From the NCBI GenBank assembly GCA_043228905.1, contig JBHGNT010000014.1, forward strand, positions 2,542,001 through 2,606,000: a stretch of DNA of 64,000 bases, read 5' to 3'. Position numbers and translations under genes: made by a program. The DNA is from Azolla caroliniana (Eukaryota; Plantae; Polypodiophyta). This document shows positions 1 through 12,897 of the stretch, in pieces; position 1 is the stretch's first letter; every line of letters starts with the position of its first letter. The notes below the pieces were generated by a model. It was not told where the DNA came from. It worked only from the letters and a program-made list of their open reading frames with translations, and made no database searches.

Positions 1-503
1 TTTGGACGAAGAATAGCATGGGTCGGTTGTGGATTCGACGTACAAGGTACTGTCCCACGGGTGTGCCATGTGTTACCGGCCGGCAAAGGAGTCCAGAGTG
101 GGAAACGGAGAGCTAATTAAGTAGTAGGAATGTGGTTGTAATTAAGCTATGAGTGTGGACGGACGGACCAGAAACGGTATGCCGTTCTTGATCCGGACCG
201 ATCCCGAACAGGTGCGGAGGGCACCGTTTTGTAATAAAGACCGGAAACCTATTTAAAGGCTCGGATACAATGTAATAGTTAGCGGTTAATTAATGAAAGC
301 TTAAGCATTGTTATATCTTTGTGTTAATTGCCGTTCTGTCTTAATTGTTATATCTTACGCGTGTTATGAAGATGATCCTAATAAGTAACTTGATTAAGTC
401 GGATTAAGCGTTGAAGTCTAATCCGGTTGCCGTAACACCCTTTGGTGAAGTGTCTCCCGTAGACACCCTGTGTTAGGCCATTGTCTGGCCCGAAGAGTTA
501 ACA
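1..503 (+). mobile_element. Probable 3' part of an LTR (cut by the window edge) inserted into the integrase 3' region of gypsy G1
   Basis: Has a TATA-like CTATTTAAAG at about 249 and ends in ...GTTAACA at 503. The G1 integrase C-terminal peptide (minus strand, ...GDWVLVYDSSLDN) runs up to about 504 and stops there. The other end is not visible. Confidence 0.4.
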
Positions 504-802
504 GTAGTGTTATGCTAATTATCAAGGCTGCTATCATAGACTAGTACCCAATCTCCTTCAATTTTTCTTAGACAAAGACGGTGCTTTTTATCAAAATTTT
601 CCTTGTTCCTTAATCGAGCCTCATGTAACCGTTCTATTGCTAACTTGACATCTTTGGGTCCCCGTTCTAATTGTTAGATCCTTGTGCCTAGCAAGTCTTC
701 TCGACTCATCTCCTCTTGCCATGGCAACGCCGTCCATGAGGCAACACTTTGCTCGATAGGCATTATTGGTTTTTGCCCTAATATGAGCTCGGCCGGCATA
801 TA

Positions 803-1858
803 TCATGTAGTCATGCTATGTGTAGTTCTATTGACCCACAATGCATATGGTAATAATCGTGGCCAATCCCCCATCATCCCATCGCAAGCCTTTGCTAGAG
901 CTTTTACAATCGGGCTATGTCCCCGCGCCACCTTTCCATTTGTCTCTGGGTTGTATGCCATGGTGAGTAATAATTTGACGCCTATCCTTGAGAAAAACTC
1001 TTTAGCTTCATTTGGATCTAATTCTCCTCTATCAGCTACTATTTTGTTGACACATTTGTATCGACCAATAACATCTTCAAGGAGAAACTTGCAAACCGCC
1101 GAAGTTGTTTTATTCCTTAGTGCCCGACCTTCTACTTGGTTGGTGAGATCCTCTCTTGCTAGCACAAGGTATCTCATTTGCCACAATCCCATTGGCATAA
1201 CCACTATGTCTACCATCCACTTATAGTGCATTGATAATGAATATGTCGGATGAAGTTCATCCCTATGTTGAACATTCGAGTATAATTGGCATTGCGCACA
1301 TGTGTCAACATAGCTTGCTGCATCTTTGTAAACACTCAACCACCAATACTTCTCCTTGAGCTTTGCAGAAGTTGCCCATATAACTCGATGACCTACCCAC
1401 ACACTATCATGAAATTCAGAAAATAGTGTTTGTTGATCTTGTTTCTTGCACACCACTCGAAGTGGAGTTCCATTCTTCCTCTTTGGAAACTTCCATAGAT
1501 GTCCTTCTTTGAGGAAGAACTTGTAGGCCTTCTTCCTAATTCGGTAGAGGTCTTCCTTTGACCATGATTCATCCTTTGTAAGAGAGCTTAAGTACTTTCC
1601 AATTTTGATGAATTCACCCTCATAATCTTTTACTTTAAACACCGCCAGCACCCGAGCACAAGAAACCGTAAAGAAGTTTAGGCCAACATCCTCTTTATCG
1701 GAGCGCGGATCTTCTTCACCCTCGTACCTTGCCCTTGACAACATATCGGCCACCACATTATGCTTCCCAGTTATATGTCGAAGCTCGGGGTTCAACGACT
1801 TGATATAGGCAATCCATCGTAGCATAGCAATATCAGGTGTAGCACAACCGGATATCAT
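803..1858 (-). pseudogene. G1 integrase
   Basis: Shows RWIAYI/ADMLSR at the RH end, an H-H-C-C zinc motif (FHDS..GH..CAQC) and a D-D-E-type core (VDIV, ADRG, NGKVARGH). Confidence 0.88.
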
Positions 1859-1859
1859 C

Positions 1860-3472
1860 CCGAGAATAGGTAGTCAATCGGTTTCGATTATGACTTCCGT
1901 TCCGATAAGGTAGTCACTATCAGTTTTAAACCATAGCTCTCTCTTTACTTGGGCGTACTTTCTTTGTCTTTCGGTCAACACCTTTGCACCAAATTGGATT
2001 GCATACCGTTTTTGTCTTTGTCTTCTTGGTTAATCACCCATCCAATTCCGGTTGGGCTCGTATCCACTGTCACATATATCGGGGTACCTTCGGTGTAGTC
2101 GGCTTTGCGCAATATTGGAGCTCCAATAATAGTTTCTTCAACTTTTGAGCCACGTAGGTATGCTCGTCTTCCCATTCAAAATTCTTCCTTTTCTTTAGTA
2201 GTCCATACAATGGTTCAGCGACATGGGCATAGTGTGGAATCCATATGTGGTAGAACGCACATGCTCCCAAGAATCTTCTCACCTCAGTTTGGGACTCACA
2301 CTCCTCTTTCATCTCTTGGATAGCATTCACCTTGGATGGAGATGGTTTCCGGCCATAAGATCCACACAAGTGTCCTACTACCAATATTTCTGGTTAACCG
2401 AATGTTGACTTCTCTCCCGAAAATGTGAGATTTGCATCTTCAAGCTTTTGCAACACCTTCTCGCTATCCTTTATATGATCGATGACGAATCTTCGGCAAC
2501 CATTTTCATCTTTTTCTTCCGCCAAGCATCCTTTGATCGGAATGTCATCTAAGAAGGGCATTGTGATATCAGGAATACAATCCTTTAACACTTTGTTCAT
2601 GGCATTCACCATGTGGGCTACGGAGTTTGTCGCACCTTGGGGTAAGGTGCACATCTTTACCAACCTTATCGGTGTCCTCATTGTTGTAATGTCTCTACTA
2701 TCGACTGAAATTTGAAATTGGTCATAGCCCGAGTAGAGATCACCAATGGAATAGATCGATCTTCCCATGAAGGCTACGCTTGGACCAATTCCGGAATTTC
2801 AGATTGTCACCTTGTTGACGGGTTGGAGATCTTGAATAAAGCGTAAGGACCCGTTCTTCTTCGGCACCGTAAACCATCTATTGGAGTAGGGAGCATTGGA
2901 CGGCTCAAGAATTACCATCCTAACCTTTTCCTTTAGAAGCTCAATCAACTTCGGAATGTGAGCTCTTGGAACCGGTATCGGCTTGATGTTCCAAGGTACA
3001 TGCGGCACTGTAAATATCACCATCGGCTCATCATCTTCGGGTCGGCACATCCTATTTCTTGTGGAGAGAAGGCAAATGTTTTCCCATGTCTCTCAAGCAT
3101 CATCCGAAACCTTTCTTCTGAATCTTCAGGGAGAAGGAAGTCATCCTTCCCAACTTGGAGTTTCTCTCTTGATTCATCGGTGAAGGTATGTCTTATCCCT
3201 TTTGGGTCTCTGAGACTTGCATCCTTGGTAACTTCTTTCATCCTTTGCCAACTATCCTCCGGTAACGGAATAGCTACCGGCTTGACCTTCTTATCTATTG
3301 ATTTATATTTTGTGTTTACTTTGACCAACTCCTTCATGACCCCTTGTCGGCATTCATTGATGGCGGTATACATGTTGATGGAGTTGACTTGAATCGTATG
3401 TTGCTCATGAGGGCTCAAGTCCACGATACTCTCTATTTCTCCGATTGTATCGTTAAATGAGGCTTCCTCCAT
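1860..3472 (-). pseudogene. G1 reverse transcriptase and RNase H, frameshifted
   Basis: The ORF fragments carry WFTVPKKNGSLRFIQDLQPVN, DLYSGYDQ, LPQGATNS, FLDDIPIKG, RRFLG and VTVDTSPTGIGWVI. Confidence 0.88.
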
Positions 3473-3683
3473 GACCCATGATATGTTGTCTTCTTCTTCA
3501 AATATTCCTTGATCTTTTAACCAATGTTAAAAGTTTTGAACATTGCACTTCTCTCTCTCTTTGAGTGTAGTCATCCCACACGCACCGTTAGGTGCTAAAT
3601 ATAGTTTTCCTTCTTGCTTCTTTCTTCTTTTCGGGGACTTACTTTTTCTCGGACTATCTTTGCCCATTCTTCAATAGTCCGTG

Positions 3684-4520
3684 TTAAAAATCCGATGCCT
3701 CATCTCCGAGGCTATCTCGGTTCCTCTCATGATTAGCTCGCACAGTCAAGAATTGAACCAACTTTTGACCATCAAGACTCTTCACCCGAGCGAATGTTGC
3801 TCCATTATCGAACACCTTAGTCTCTATCCTGGATGATGTTATGTAGGGTTGCCCAAGAATCACCGAATGGGAAGCCGAATCTTGCACAAAAAAGTGTTGG
3901 TCAATCTCTACATCCCCGATTGTGACTTGAATGTTGGGACATGCTCCATAAAGATCTTCGGTTGCCTTCGTCACCGTACGAATCTTCCATCCATGGTTCG
4001 TGTTGATAGGCCATCTTCCCTTCTTGTAGAAATCCATCGACATGAGGTTAATCTCTGATCCGTGGTCTATAAGAGCCATAACCGTCTCTTTCTTCTCTCC
4101 AATCTTCACCGGAGTTTTTGTTGTCACTCTCACCCAATGGGGTCGTGTATGATGATTGTCCACTAGATCTTCTTCTTTCTCTTCCGTTCTTGCCATAGTT
4201 ATGGAATTGGTTGTCACCTTTGTCGAAATTCCCTCATCCTCATCCGCTTGTTGTCTTTTACGTTTGATTAGATCGACGATGGTCTCATGGAACTCCTTTG
4301 CAATTCCAAGTAGTTCTCTCAATGTAAGGTCAATACGGCTATCAAGCACTCTTTCTTCAAGAACCTTTCTTAAGTTAGTTGTTTGTTCAATATCCGACCT
4401 TAATTCGTATGGTGGCGTTGATCTATCCTTCCCCTTCTTGACATTCTCTTCAATGGGTTGATTCGGTTCCTCGGCTCTCTTGTTTGAGCTTCCATCTTCT
4501 TGACGTGTGGTCTTGATCAT
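3684..4520 (-). pseudogene. G1 aspartic protease fragment
   Basis: Contains the ALIDHGSEINLM active-site motif and a downstream ILGQP motif. Confidence 0.85.
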
Positions 4521-4699
4521 CTCTTCCTTCTTCTTAAAGCTTCTTGTGTCATGTTTCTTAGAAGGGCCTTCATCTAGATCCTTCCTCTTCTACTTCTCAT
4601 CCACAAACACTTTGTGGGTTTCACATATGACCTCTTTGGAGATCGTGTTGTTATCAACTGGATCCGCCCACCCGGTAAGGTCTCGTACATGAAGGTTGG

Positions 4700-5104
4700 C
4701 TAGCTTTGCATCATCTGAATTAATCTTCCCTTTTTTTTGTATTTGAGGACGGTTGGCCAAAACCCCATTCCTAGTTTAATCATTCCAAGCTTCTCCTTCC
4801 CAATTCTTATACCGAAGGATGTGGCATACTGTATAGCTTCGACGTGGCTCGCATCAACCTCATCCATGATTTTCTTTAGACCCCTCCTACCGAAATTCAC
4901 TTGCAAGGGCTTTTGAGTCTCACTTGAGTGTATAATGTTGCCTTCCATGTAGACGAGGTTTTGTCGAATTGCCTCGTGAAGGCTACCACAATCTTTCCTT
5001 GCATGATCAACACTATCACACCATACACATTTATATGGGTCTTTCCCCTTCGGTCCTCGACGACTCATATTAGCTAATGAAAACGCTTCGAATTTTCGTG
5101 CCAA
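4700..5104 (-). pseudogene. G1 Gag zinc-knuckle fragment
   Basis: CVWCDSVDHARKDC matches the CX2CX4HX4C nucleocapsid motif. Confidence 0.8.
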
Positions 5105-5225
5105 CTCTTCAATAAAAGAGTTCCATTGCTCTTTCAGTCGGCTCGCTTTTTTTTCTCATCTCAGTTGCTATTGGAGCCTTCCTTCTTTGTACTACCGATC
5201 CTGCCATGTCGGAATCATCTAGCCA

Positions 5226-5834
5226 TCAACCACATGCTCTTCTTACCGCAACCCAATCTGTTATGAGACCATTGGGTTGTGCTTCGTCCTCGAATAGACT
5301 ACCTAGTTCTCGTCCATCTTTTGCATCCACCACCTTTAAGAAGTACAAAACTTTATATCCTTCGAGAAGTGTTTGGTCGGTTCTTGGGAGACGGTTGTAC
5401 ATTTGGTCAAATTCGTTGTACACTCCCGATGTGTTCATGTTCTTCCCCTTCTTCTTGATCCACTTCATCAACGTATGACGAGTCATCCTCGACGCATCTT
5501 CAAGCATATATTCAGCCAAAAGAGCCCTTTCAAATCCCACCCATGTTGTTTGGGCGGCTTGAATCTCCCTTATACGGCCTTGTAACCCAATTGCTACGAT
5601 ACGCTTGAAGCTTGATATTTCCTTCTCTTTGATGACATCACGTTGTTGCATCTCTATCTTGTATGTAGCGAGAAATTCCGTAATGTTTCTTCCACCAAAT
5701 TGTCCCGCTATCTCAACGGTTCCATCGATGGCCTTGTCTAAGCTTGCATCATTATCTCGAGCTCTCATCATATGCTCGACAATAGCCACCAACTTTGCCA
5801 CTTCATCAACTTGGGTGTTTGTCGAAGAAGCCAT
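5226..5834 (-). pseudogene. G1 Gag N-terminal (capsid-like) fragment
   Basis: The ORF starts just downstream of the PBS. GQFGGRNITEFLATYKIEM...WVGFERALLAEY aligns by eye with the family X Gag N-terminus. Confidence 0.75.
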
Positions 5835-5878
5835 CTTCTAACCTTCTATTTCAAGCACTTGATCCTTCCTACCACCTC

Positions 5879-5910
5879 TTCACGTCAGGTTCACCACGCT
5901 CACCGCACCT
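5879..5910 (-). promoter_or_regulatory. Tandem overlapping primer-binding sites of G1: tRNA-Phe (LTR-proximal) and tRNA-Trp
   Basis: On the plus strand, TTCACGTCAGGTTCACCA (5879-5896) matches the plant tRNA-Trp 3' end with 1 mismatch. CCACGCTCACCGCACCT (5894-5910) matches the plant tRNA-Phe 3' end with a terminal mismatch. tRNA sequences are from recall. Confidence 0.75.
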
Positions 5911-5916
5911 TAAAAA

Positions 5917-6634
5917 TGTCACTAAGTTTCGCGTGCCTGTGACGCTCGAACGGGACCGCCAGGGCCTTGGACCGGGGAGACAAAAGTAGTGAGGAAGTGG
6001 AAGATCAAGACAAAGACATGGGCAATTTATACACAAGTTAGATTTAATATCACGATTTTGGTGGTTATTTTTTTACATAGAATCCATTTCATGATTAATA
6101 AAAAAACGGCTATGAATCAAAATGGGTTTTCGTTTTCTTTGGAATTGCTAAGCTTGACACCACAATTTTGGTGGTTTTTACAATAATCGGTTATGAAATA
6201 ATCAAAGGCTAAAATAATCTAGCGAAGGCGAGTCTAGTGGGCTCCGAGCTTGACTACTTCCGACGGCTATGTTGCCTCGATTCAGAGTAGCCCTCGTGCC
6301 ACTACAACCTCCCTTCTGCAACGGGCCACCGAGTTGACTACCCCCGAGATGTCGAAGAAGTTGACGTATAAGGAATCCAAGCCCTAAAATATCTCGAGTA
6401 AGAAGTATAATAGAGGCAAAACTCTCAAACTCTCAAACCCTAAAATCCTAACTCCTCTAGTATGTTGAGGAGAAAAGATGAAAAGTAGAAAGAAGAAGCT
6501 CTCAAACCCTAACCCTAGAAGGAAAAGAAGAAGGAGAAAAGGAAGCTACCAAACCCTAACCCTAGAAGAAGAGGAGAAGATGAAACCCTAGTGGTATACC
6601 CCTAGAAGACAAAATGGGCGACCCCATAATAAGT
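5917..6634 (-). repeat. G1 5' LTR, partial
   Basis: Begins TGTCAC next to the PBS. Its CGCGTGC..GGGACC..CTTGGAC..GGGA motif resembles the family X LTR end, and it contains AAACCCTAA telo-box-like repeats. Confidence 0.65.
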
Positions 6635-8004
6635 TGTTGAGCAGCAAGCTCAACAGGATCCGGATCGGCTGAATAAGGCCGAGCGAATCGGCATCCGAAA
6701 GGATGAACCGGATCGGTGAGCCGGTGAGCTGGGGAGTCGGTTAGCCAGATCAAGCAATAACCGGAAGCCTAGTAGCAGCCTAGACTATTAGGTAGTTAAT
6801 GTCTCGTAGTTAGTGTCAGACGCTCATGTGAGCATTGAAGTACACTGTACTTCTATCAGTCCTCTTAGGACTTGTATAGATAGTGTTGTTGAGCACGTTG
6901 TATTTACAGAGAATTTTACAGAGTTATTGATAATAGATTTAAGTTGTTCTGCTCTTTCTCTGTCTCTCCTGCATACCTTCTATGTGTTAATCTCTCTCTC
7001 TCTCTCTCTCTCTCTCTGTTGCTATCTGGCTAAGCCGGTTGTCTAAAGCTTCCACACCTTCGTTTTTACATGGTATCAGAGCGAGGTTTGAGAACCTCTA
7101 CAGCCAACATCAGCATCTGAAGACGAACCCTAAGACCCGGTAAGAACAGAAAGAGAAGTGATGGACAGAAGAATGGCTAGCTCGCTCCCGGTGGAGAAGC
7201 TCGACAGATCCAACTACGCATCTTGGTCATACAAGATGCTCCACTACCTGCTTGGGCATGGTTACTGGAGCTATGTCGTGTTGTCCGCCGGAATAGTAAC
7301 CGATGGACAAGAGCGTAGGAATAAGAAATAATATAAGATCATAATGCATGTAACAGTTCACGCAGGAAGCGTGAACGGCTAGATAGACCCTGCGTATATA
7401 AAGGGCAGAAAACCTCGGATAGAAGGAGCGTGTAATTTTGGGAATGTAAAGAAACGTATCATAATAGAATTCCATCTTCTCTGAAAGTCTGTGTATAGTT
7501 ACGTCTAATCCACTGTGTGTCTAGAATACCTGAGCGTGTAAGAACGTAAGTGTAACCCTTGCTAAGGAGTCGGTTGTAGCCATCTCCCTTATATGTTGAT
7601 AGGTTACAGGGAGCATTCCCCTACGCATTACGCATAGACGCCTATTCGTTGTTCCACAACCACTTGGAGGTCTAGGTCGACGGACTGACCACGGACCGTG
7701 TTCCTAATCGCCAACACTTTGGGCACGCTTGGTGATCTATGTCTTCTCATAGACGAGCAATGACGAATGGATGTTTAGCCGCAGATGCCCCAAAGAACCA
7801 ACACGACAAGCCCGGCCAATAACAAGGTCCGTCACACGCCAGGCAGAAGAACGCGCACGGCAAAAGCCTTGCCTCAGCAACCTCAGTACTACTTGTCGTG
7901 ATTACAAAGGTGATTCTTCGCTCTCCAAATACCTCGACGAGACGCGAGGACTACACTCACCACAGCCACCCTGTGGTCTTTCCCGACCCGCTGTAGCCCC
8001 TAGC

Positions 8005-11000
8005 ATGGCCTTTGCCTACCCCCTCTTTAACGGCGAAACCGACGCCGCAACTCATATTCGCATGTTCCTTAATGTCTAGAATGCGAACCACATGGCGCAG
8101 AGCCTTTCGGAGGCGGTAGCACACCAGTAAAAAATGACGGAGTTTGGGTTAACATTGGATGGGCGAGCGGCGTTTTGGCATTCACAAATGGATTTACCAG
8201 CAATAACAACCTTTGATCAGTTGTAGTCCGCTTTCTTGCGGTTCTTCCATCGAAGGGTTCCACAACGCGAAATCCTTGGACAGTCCTATACGATTAAGCA
8301 ACTGCCGACCGAGACAATAGCAGACTTTAGCTTACGTTTCCAAAATTTACGGCGGAAACTAGAACAGAGCCCCGCGGAGGACGAGGCTCAAGAAACATTT
8401 CTACCAGCATTACGCCGACCCATCTGGGCAACGCTCAACAACAATAGTGTGAAAGGGGAAACAGCGGATATGGTCATTGAATGAGCGTTACAGCTCGAGT
8501 TGGACGAGGAGGAGGAAAGGTTTTCTATGTCCTCCTTACGACAAGTGTTACCCCAAGACGAGGAACGCCAGTTTCGTCAAGCAATCCAGTGCACGATTTG
8601 CTTGAACTCGGGGCATTCCGCAGTGGAGTGCAATATGCGAATCCACGGCCCAATCTGCCACTTGAGGGCTCACACAATCGACCAATGCGAATACAATATG
8701 TTGAACAAAGCCACTCCTGCAATCCGCAGCATGGACACCCAGCATCCACCACACCAGACTGAACAAAGGAGGCAAGAAGACCGACCACGGTATAGGGATC
8801 GCAACCCACAGGATGACCGGCACCACCGGAATCGCCGAAATCACAACGATTCCGAGGAGGACGAACCAGAGGATGAGGATTATCGTGGACATCCGAGTTA
8901 TGCTAAAGGGGGTCGGCACTACGAGAATTACCGGCCGACAAACAAATGGGGCGGCTTCAATGGTTATCGTGGTAAGTCGCGGCAATATCGAGATCACCGG
9001 CGTTACAACGAAAGCTCAGGAGATGAGCGACACCAGGAACAACGACGAGACCAACAGCAACCACCGCGTACGTTCCGACAGACGAGGCCAGACCTCGAGG
9101 AGCAAGTAGCACTAGGGGAGCGGCACACACCACCAGGATCCGAGAAGGGTGAATCAAGCATCCATTGTTTTATTTGTCACCAGCCTGGACATTATGCCAC
9201 GCAATTCCCAACACGCAAGGGAAAGGGGCCCGCAATCAATACGATTACGGCGGAAGTGCAGCAAGTCACGACATGCTAGCAAACAAAAACGGTTGATTGG
9301 GCTACGCAAGACGAGATAAGCCGACAAGCCCAAGCATGGGTGGCAAAAGCAAACGCAACCAATACGGAGCGCATGCGGAAGGAGTCCGCGAATGCGAGGG
9401 AGCGAGCAAAGGACGAAAGACCGGTCCCGGACCCCATTTGGCAGGCGTTATCGGGCTGTGAGATAATGTTAACCATGGAGAAACTGTTGCAGCTAGTCCC
9501 ACGCTTCCGCCAGACCATGGAAGAACAAGTGACAGGCATACCCGGGGTGAGTGTCGCTACAAACCTTACAGACATTAGCAACGGACCGCCGGTAGTGGAT
9601 CAGCACAACCCGGCTATTACATTAATATTACACGAACAGGAAATTCCTGGATGCGTAATCGACGGCAGCTCAGGCGTCAATGTAATTAGCACGAAAACTT
9701 GCAAGCAGTTAGGCATTTCAGAATGGGAGGCTTGCCCATTCTGGCTCCGAATGGCAGATACCCGCTCAGTACGACCATTGGGGTTAATTTGCAAAATAGG
9801 CATTATCGTGGGCGGACATCGCTTCGACATCTCGGTGATCGTCCTCGCCTTGGATGCCCCAGGGGCGTACCCAATGCTTCTGGGCAGAGCATGGCTTCGG
9901 GCAGCAAATATCAAGCAGAGCTGGCAACACAAGTGTATCAATTTCCGACACGGACGCACCAAGGTTCGCGTACCTACGGAAGGAAGCACGCCACAACCCA
10001 AGGGTATAACACCATTATACGCAGAAGATATAAAAATGTTGGCTGGGGTGGAGGATGCAGAATTAGAGGCATACCTAGATGAGCACCCACGGATCATTCC
10101 ACTGTTCGAAATCTACATCATCGCAACCGCGGCAGGATATGCCACGGGCACTATTCTCCACGACTAGGCTTATGAACCAAACCCAGAGTCCATATTGGAA
10201 CTTAGCAGAGCACGGGCGGCATTCGAAAGGGAAATGGAGATTTCACGACGAGTCACCGCTTCTGCCCTGGAAGAAGTAAATGTGGGTACGGAATCGGAGC
10301 CCCGTCTCCTCTCCATCGCAAAGGAATTAAGGCCGAACCAGAGAAACATGATGATCACACTACTCACGGAATATAAGGATGTGTTCGCTTGGGCTCACGA
10401 GGATATGATGGGGTTAGATCCCAAGTTCTATCAGCATAAGATCAATTTAGCAACCGACGCGAAACCCGTCCAGCAGCGCCGCTACCGCATGAACCCGAAC
10501 TACGCGACCCGCGTGAAAGAAGAAATTGACAAGCTCCTGAAGGCGGGGTTCATACGACCAGTTAAACAAGCGACATGGTTAAGCCCGATAGTGGTCATTC
10601 CAAAGAAAAACGGCAAAATATGGGTATGCGTAGATTACGGAAAATTAAACGCCGTAACCGTTACGGACGCATTTCCCTTACCCTTCACCGATAGCGTACT
10701 GGACGTCGTCGCAGGACATGAGATGTACAGTTTTTTAGATGGCTTCAGTAGCTATAACCAGGTATGCATGCATCCCGAGGACCAAGAAAAGATGGCATTT
10801 GTCACGGACTGGGGAGTATATGTGGCAGTCGTCATGATGTTCGGGCTAAAGACGGCGCCAACAACATTTCAACGGACAATTATGGAGATCTTTGGGGAAT
10901 ACATTCCGGCGTTCATGCAAGTTTTTTTAGAAGACTTTGCGGTATATGGGAGAACAATAGACCATTTTACGCACTTACAACTGTGCCTGGAACGTTGCCG

Positions 11001-12005
11001 CACCACATGCTTAAGCCTGAATCCCGCGAAATGTGCTTTCGGCGTGACCAACGGGACTCTCCTAGGCCATATAGTCAGCAAGGAGGGAATAGCGGTTGCT
11101 CCGAACAAGATTTCCGCGATTACGCAAGCCAAAACTCCGACAAATGCCAAATTGCTCAGCCGGTTTTTAGGACAAATACGGTGGCATAGTCAGATGATAC
11201 GGTATTTGGTGGACTTCGCCACACCGTTACATGTTGTCGTACATCGGACTCCTTTCCAATGGACTGCAACGGAGGATAAGGCCTATGAGGCACTTAAGAT
11301 AATGCTCACAGAGGCCCCCGTCGTACAACCACAAGTTTGGGCGAAGCCATTCCACGTGTTCGTCGACGCCTCAGACATAGCAATAGGAAGAGCACTAATG
11401 CAGCTCACCAAACCAAACTGGTACCAGCCAGTATACTACGCTAGTTGCAAATTATCAACAACAGAGCATAACTATTCCACAACGGAGCGGGAGGCGCTAG
11501 GGATGATCTATAGCACCAATAAATTCTGGCATTATTTACTAGGAAGGAAATTCACGTTCCACGTGGATCATTCGGCGCTGCTGTATTTGGTGGAGAAACA
11601 AGCCTTGACGGGGAAATTGACGCGGTGGATGTTGCTGCTCCAAGAATTTGATTTCGTAATCCAGCACCGACTAGGGACGCAACACGCAGTGGCAGATTTT
11701 TTGAGCAGACTCGAGAATGGAGAAACAGTACAGAAAGATGACAACAATTTTCCGGACGCCGACATCCTACGGGTAGCAGCACTAGCAGAAAGAACGGAAT
11801 CGACCTTTCAAGACCAATGGCTTATGGAAATGACGTACTTTTTTACTACGGGACTGCCTCCACCACAATTACGCACGGACAAGAAGAAACGACTAGCCGT
11901 CCGAAGCCGTCACTTTTGCCTGGTCTAAGGCGTTTTATATCACACAGGAAGTGACGGCATTTGGCGACGTGGGGTACGTCAGGATGAGAAGGAAGCAGTT
12001 TTATG
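8005..12005 (+). pseudogene. Gypsy B gag-pol (Gag with Zn knuckles, PR, RT, RH, start of INT)
   Basis: Motifs include CTICLNSGHSAVEC, VIDGSSGVN, VCVDYGKLN, LDGFSSYNQ, FGLKTAPTTFQR, FLEDF and VDASDIAIG. The integrase breaks off after GVLYHTGSDGIWRRGVR at about 12005. Confidence 0.9.
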
Positions 12006-12897
12006 AGGCTGGACGGCAAAGAGAGTTGGCAAGGGTCGGTGTTGGGGCAAGGATTGCAGAGGCGTACGCAGCTCTCGAGGCGATGCTCGAGGAAGAGGAA
12101 AGATCGAGGTTGCAAGCCGAGACCGAGGAGACGGATTTGCCCCACGCGATGGCGGAAAACCGATACCACGGTACCACGGGAGAGGGTGTGGAACATAACG
12201 CCCTCTCGACGTGCGGAGAATTGCCGACCGAGGACAAGGTTGGGAGCGAAGAAGAGCCCTCCACACGGATTCCGGAGACTCCGGTGGTCGAGCCCGTGTG
12301 CCGACATGAGACCGGAGAGAAGGAAGGGGCCGACGAGGAGTCCTGGCATGATGCCAGCGAAGAGGGATGGGAAACGGCCTGCGAGGAGGCCAAGGACGGA
12401 GGCGGCATGAAAAGATCGGCATTCCGATACGGATGGAGCGTAATCCGGTCGTGGATCGTTCGATCGGGGCCGGATTCAACATGAAGGTGCCGATACGAGA
12501 GAGGGTGCGGGACGAGCCGCCCTCTTTTACATGGGGAGAAAGACCGACCGAGCGAAGGTCGGGAATTGGAAGGGAAGTGATCAAGGGTTCAGAACGAGTC
12601 TGGAGAGGTCGGCATCAGAGCCGAAACTCCGGACATTGGAGAACCAAGCCCAGGCGGGGCTTGGTTGATCACAGACCAGATGCTTCTCACCGAACGTGCT
12701 TGGGACCGGTACCCCGAACGAGTGTCCGCAAATCATTGCGGGGCGGAAACACCATGTCTTATCCGGAGACTCAGGCAACCGGCAACGAGAGCCGGCATGA
12801 GCCCCAAAGAGATGGGAGATGGAGGCGGGTACGCGAGAAGGAGAGCAACGACGAGTTCGGGAGAAGTACAAGGGATGAAGAGGAGAACGAAGACCGG

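Larger units (their letters stand above)
504..6634 (-). mobile_element. Decayed Ty3/gypsy LTR retrotransposon G1 (Gag-ZnK-PR-RT-RH-INT)
   Basis: Domains lie in gypsy order on the minus strand. The PBS is at 5879-5910. The 5' LTR begins TGTCAC at 5917 on the plus strand and is interrupted at 6635 by copia A. Confidence 0.9.
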
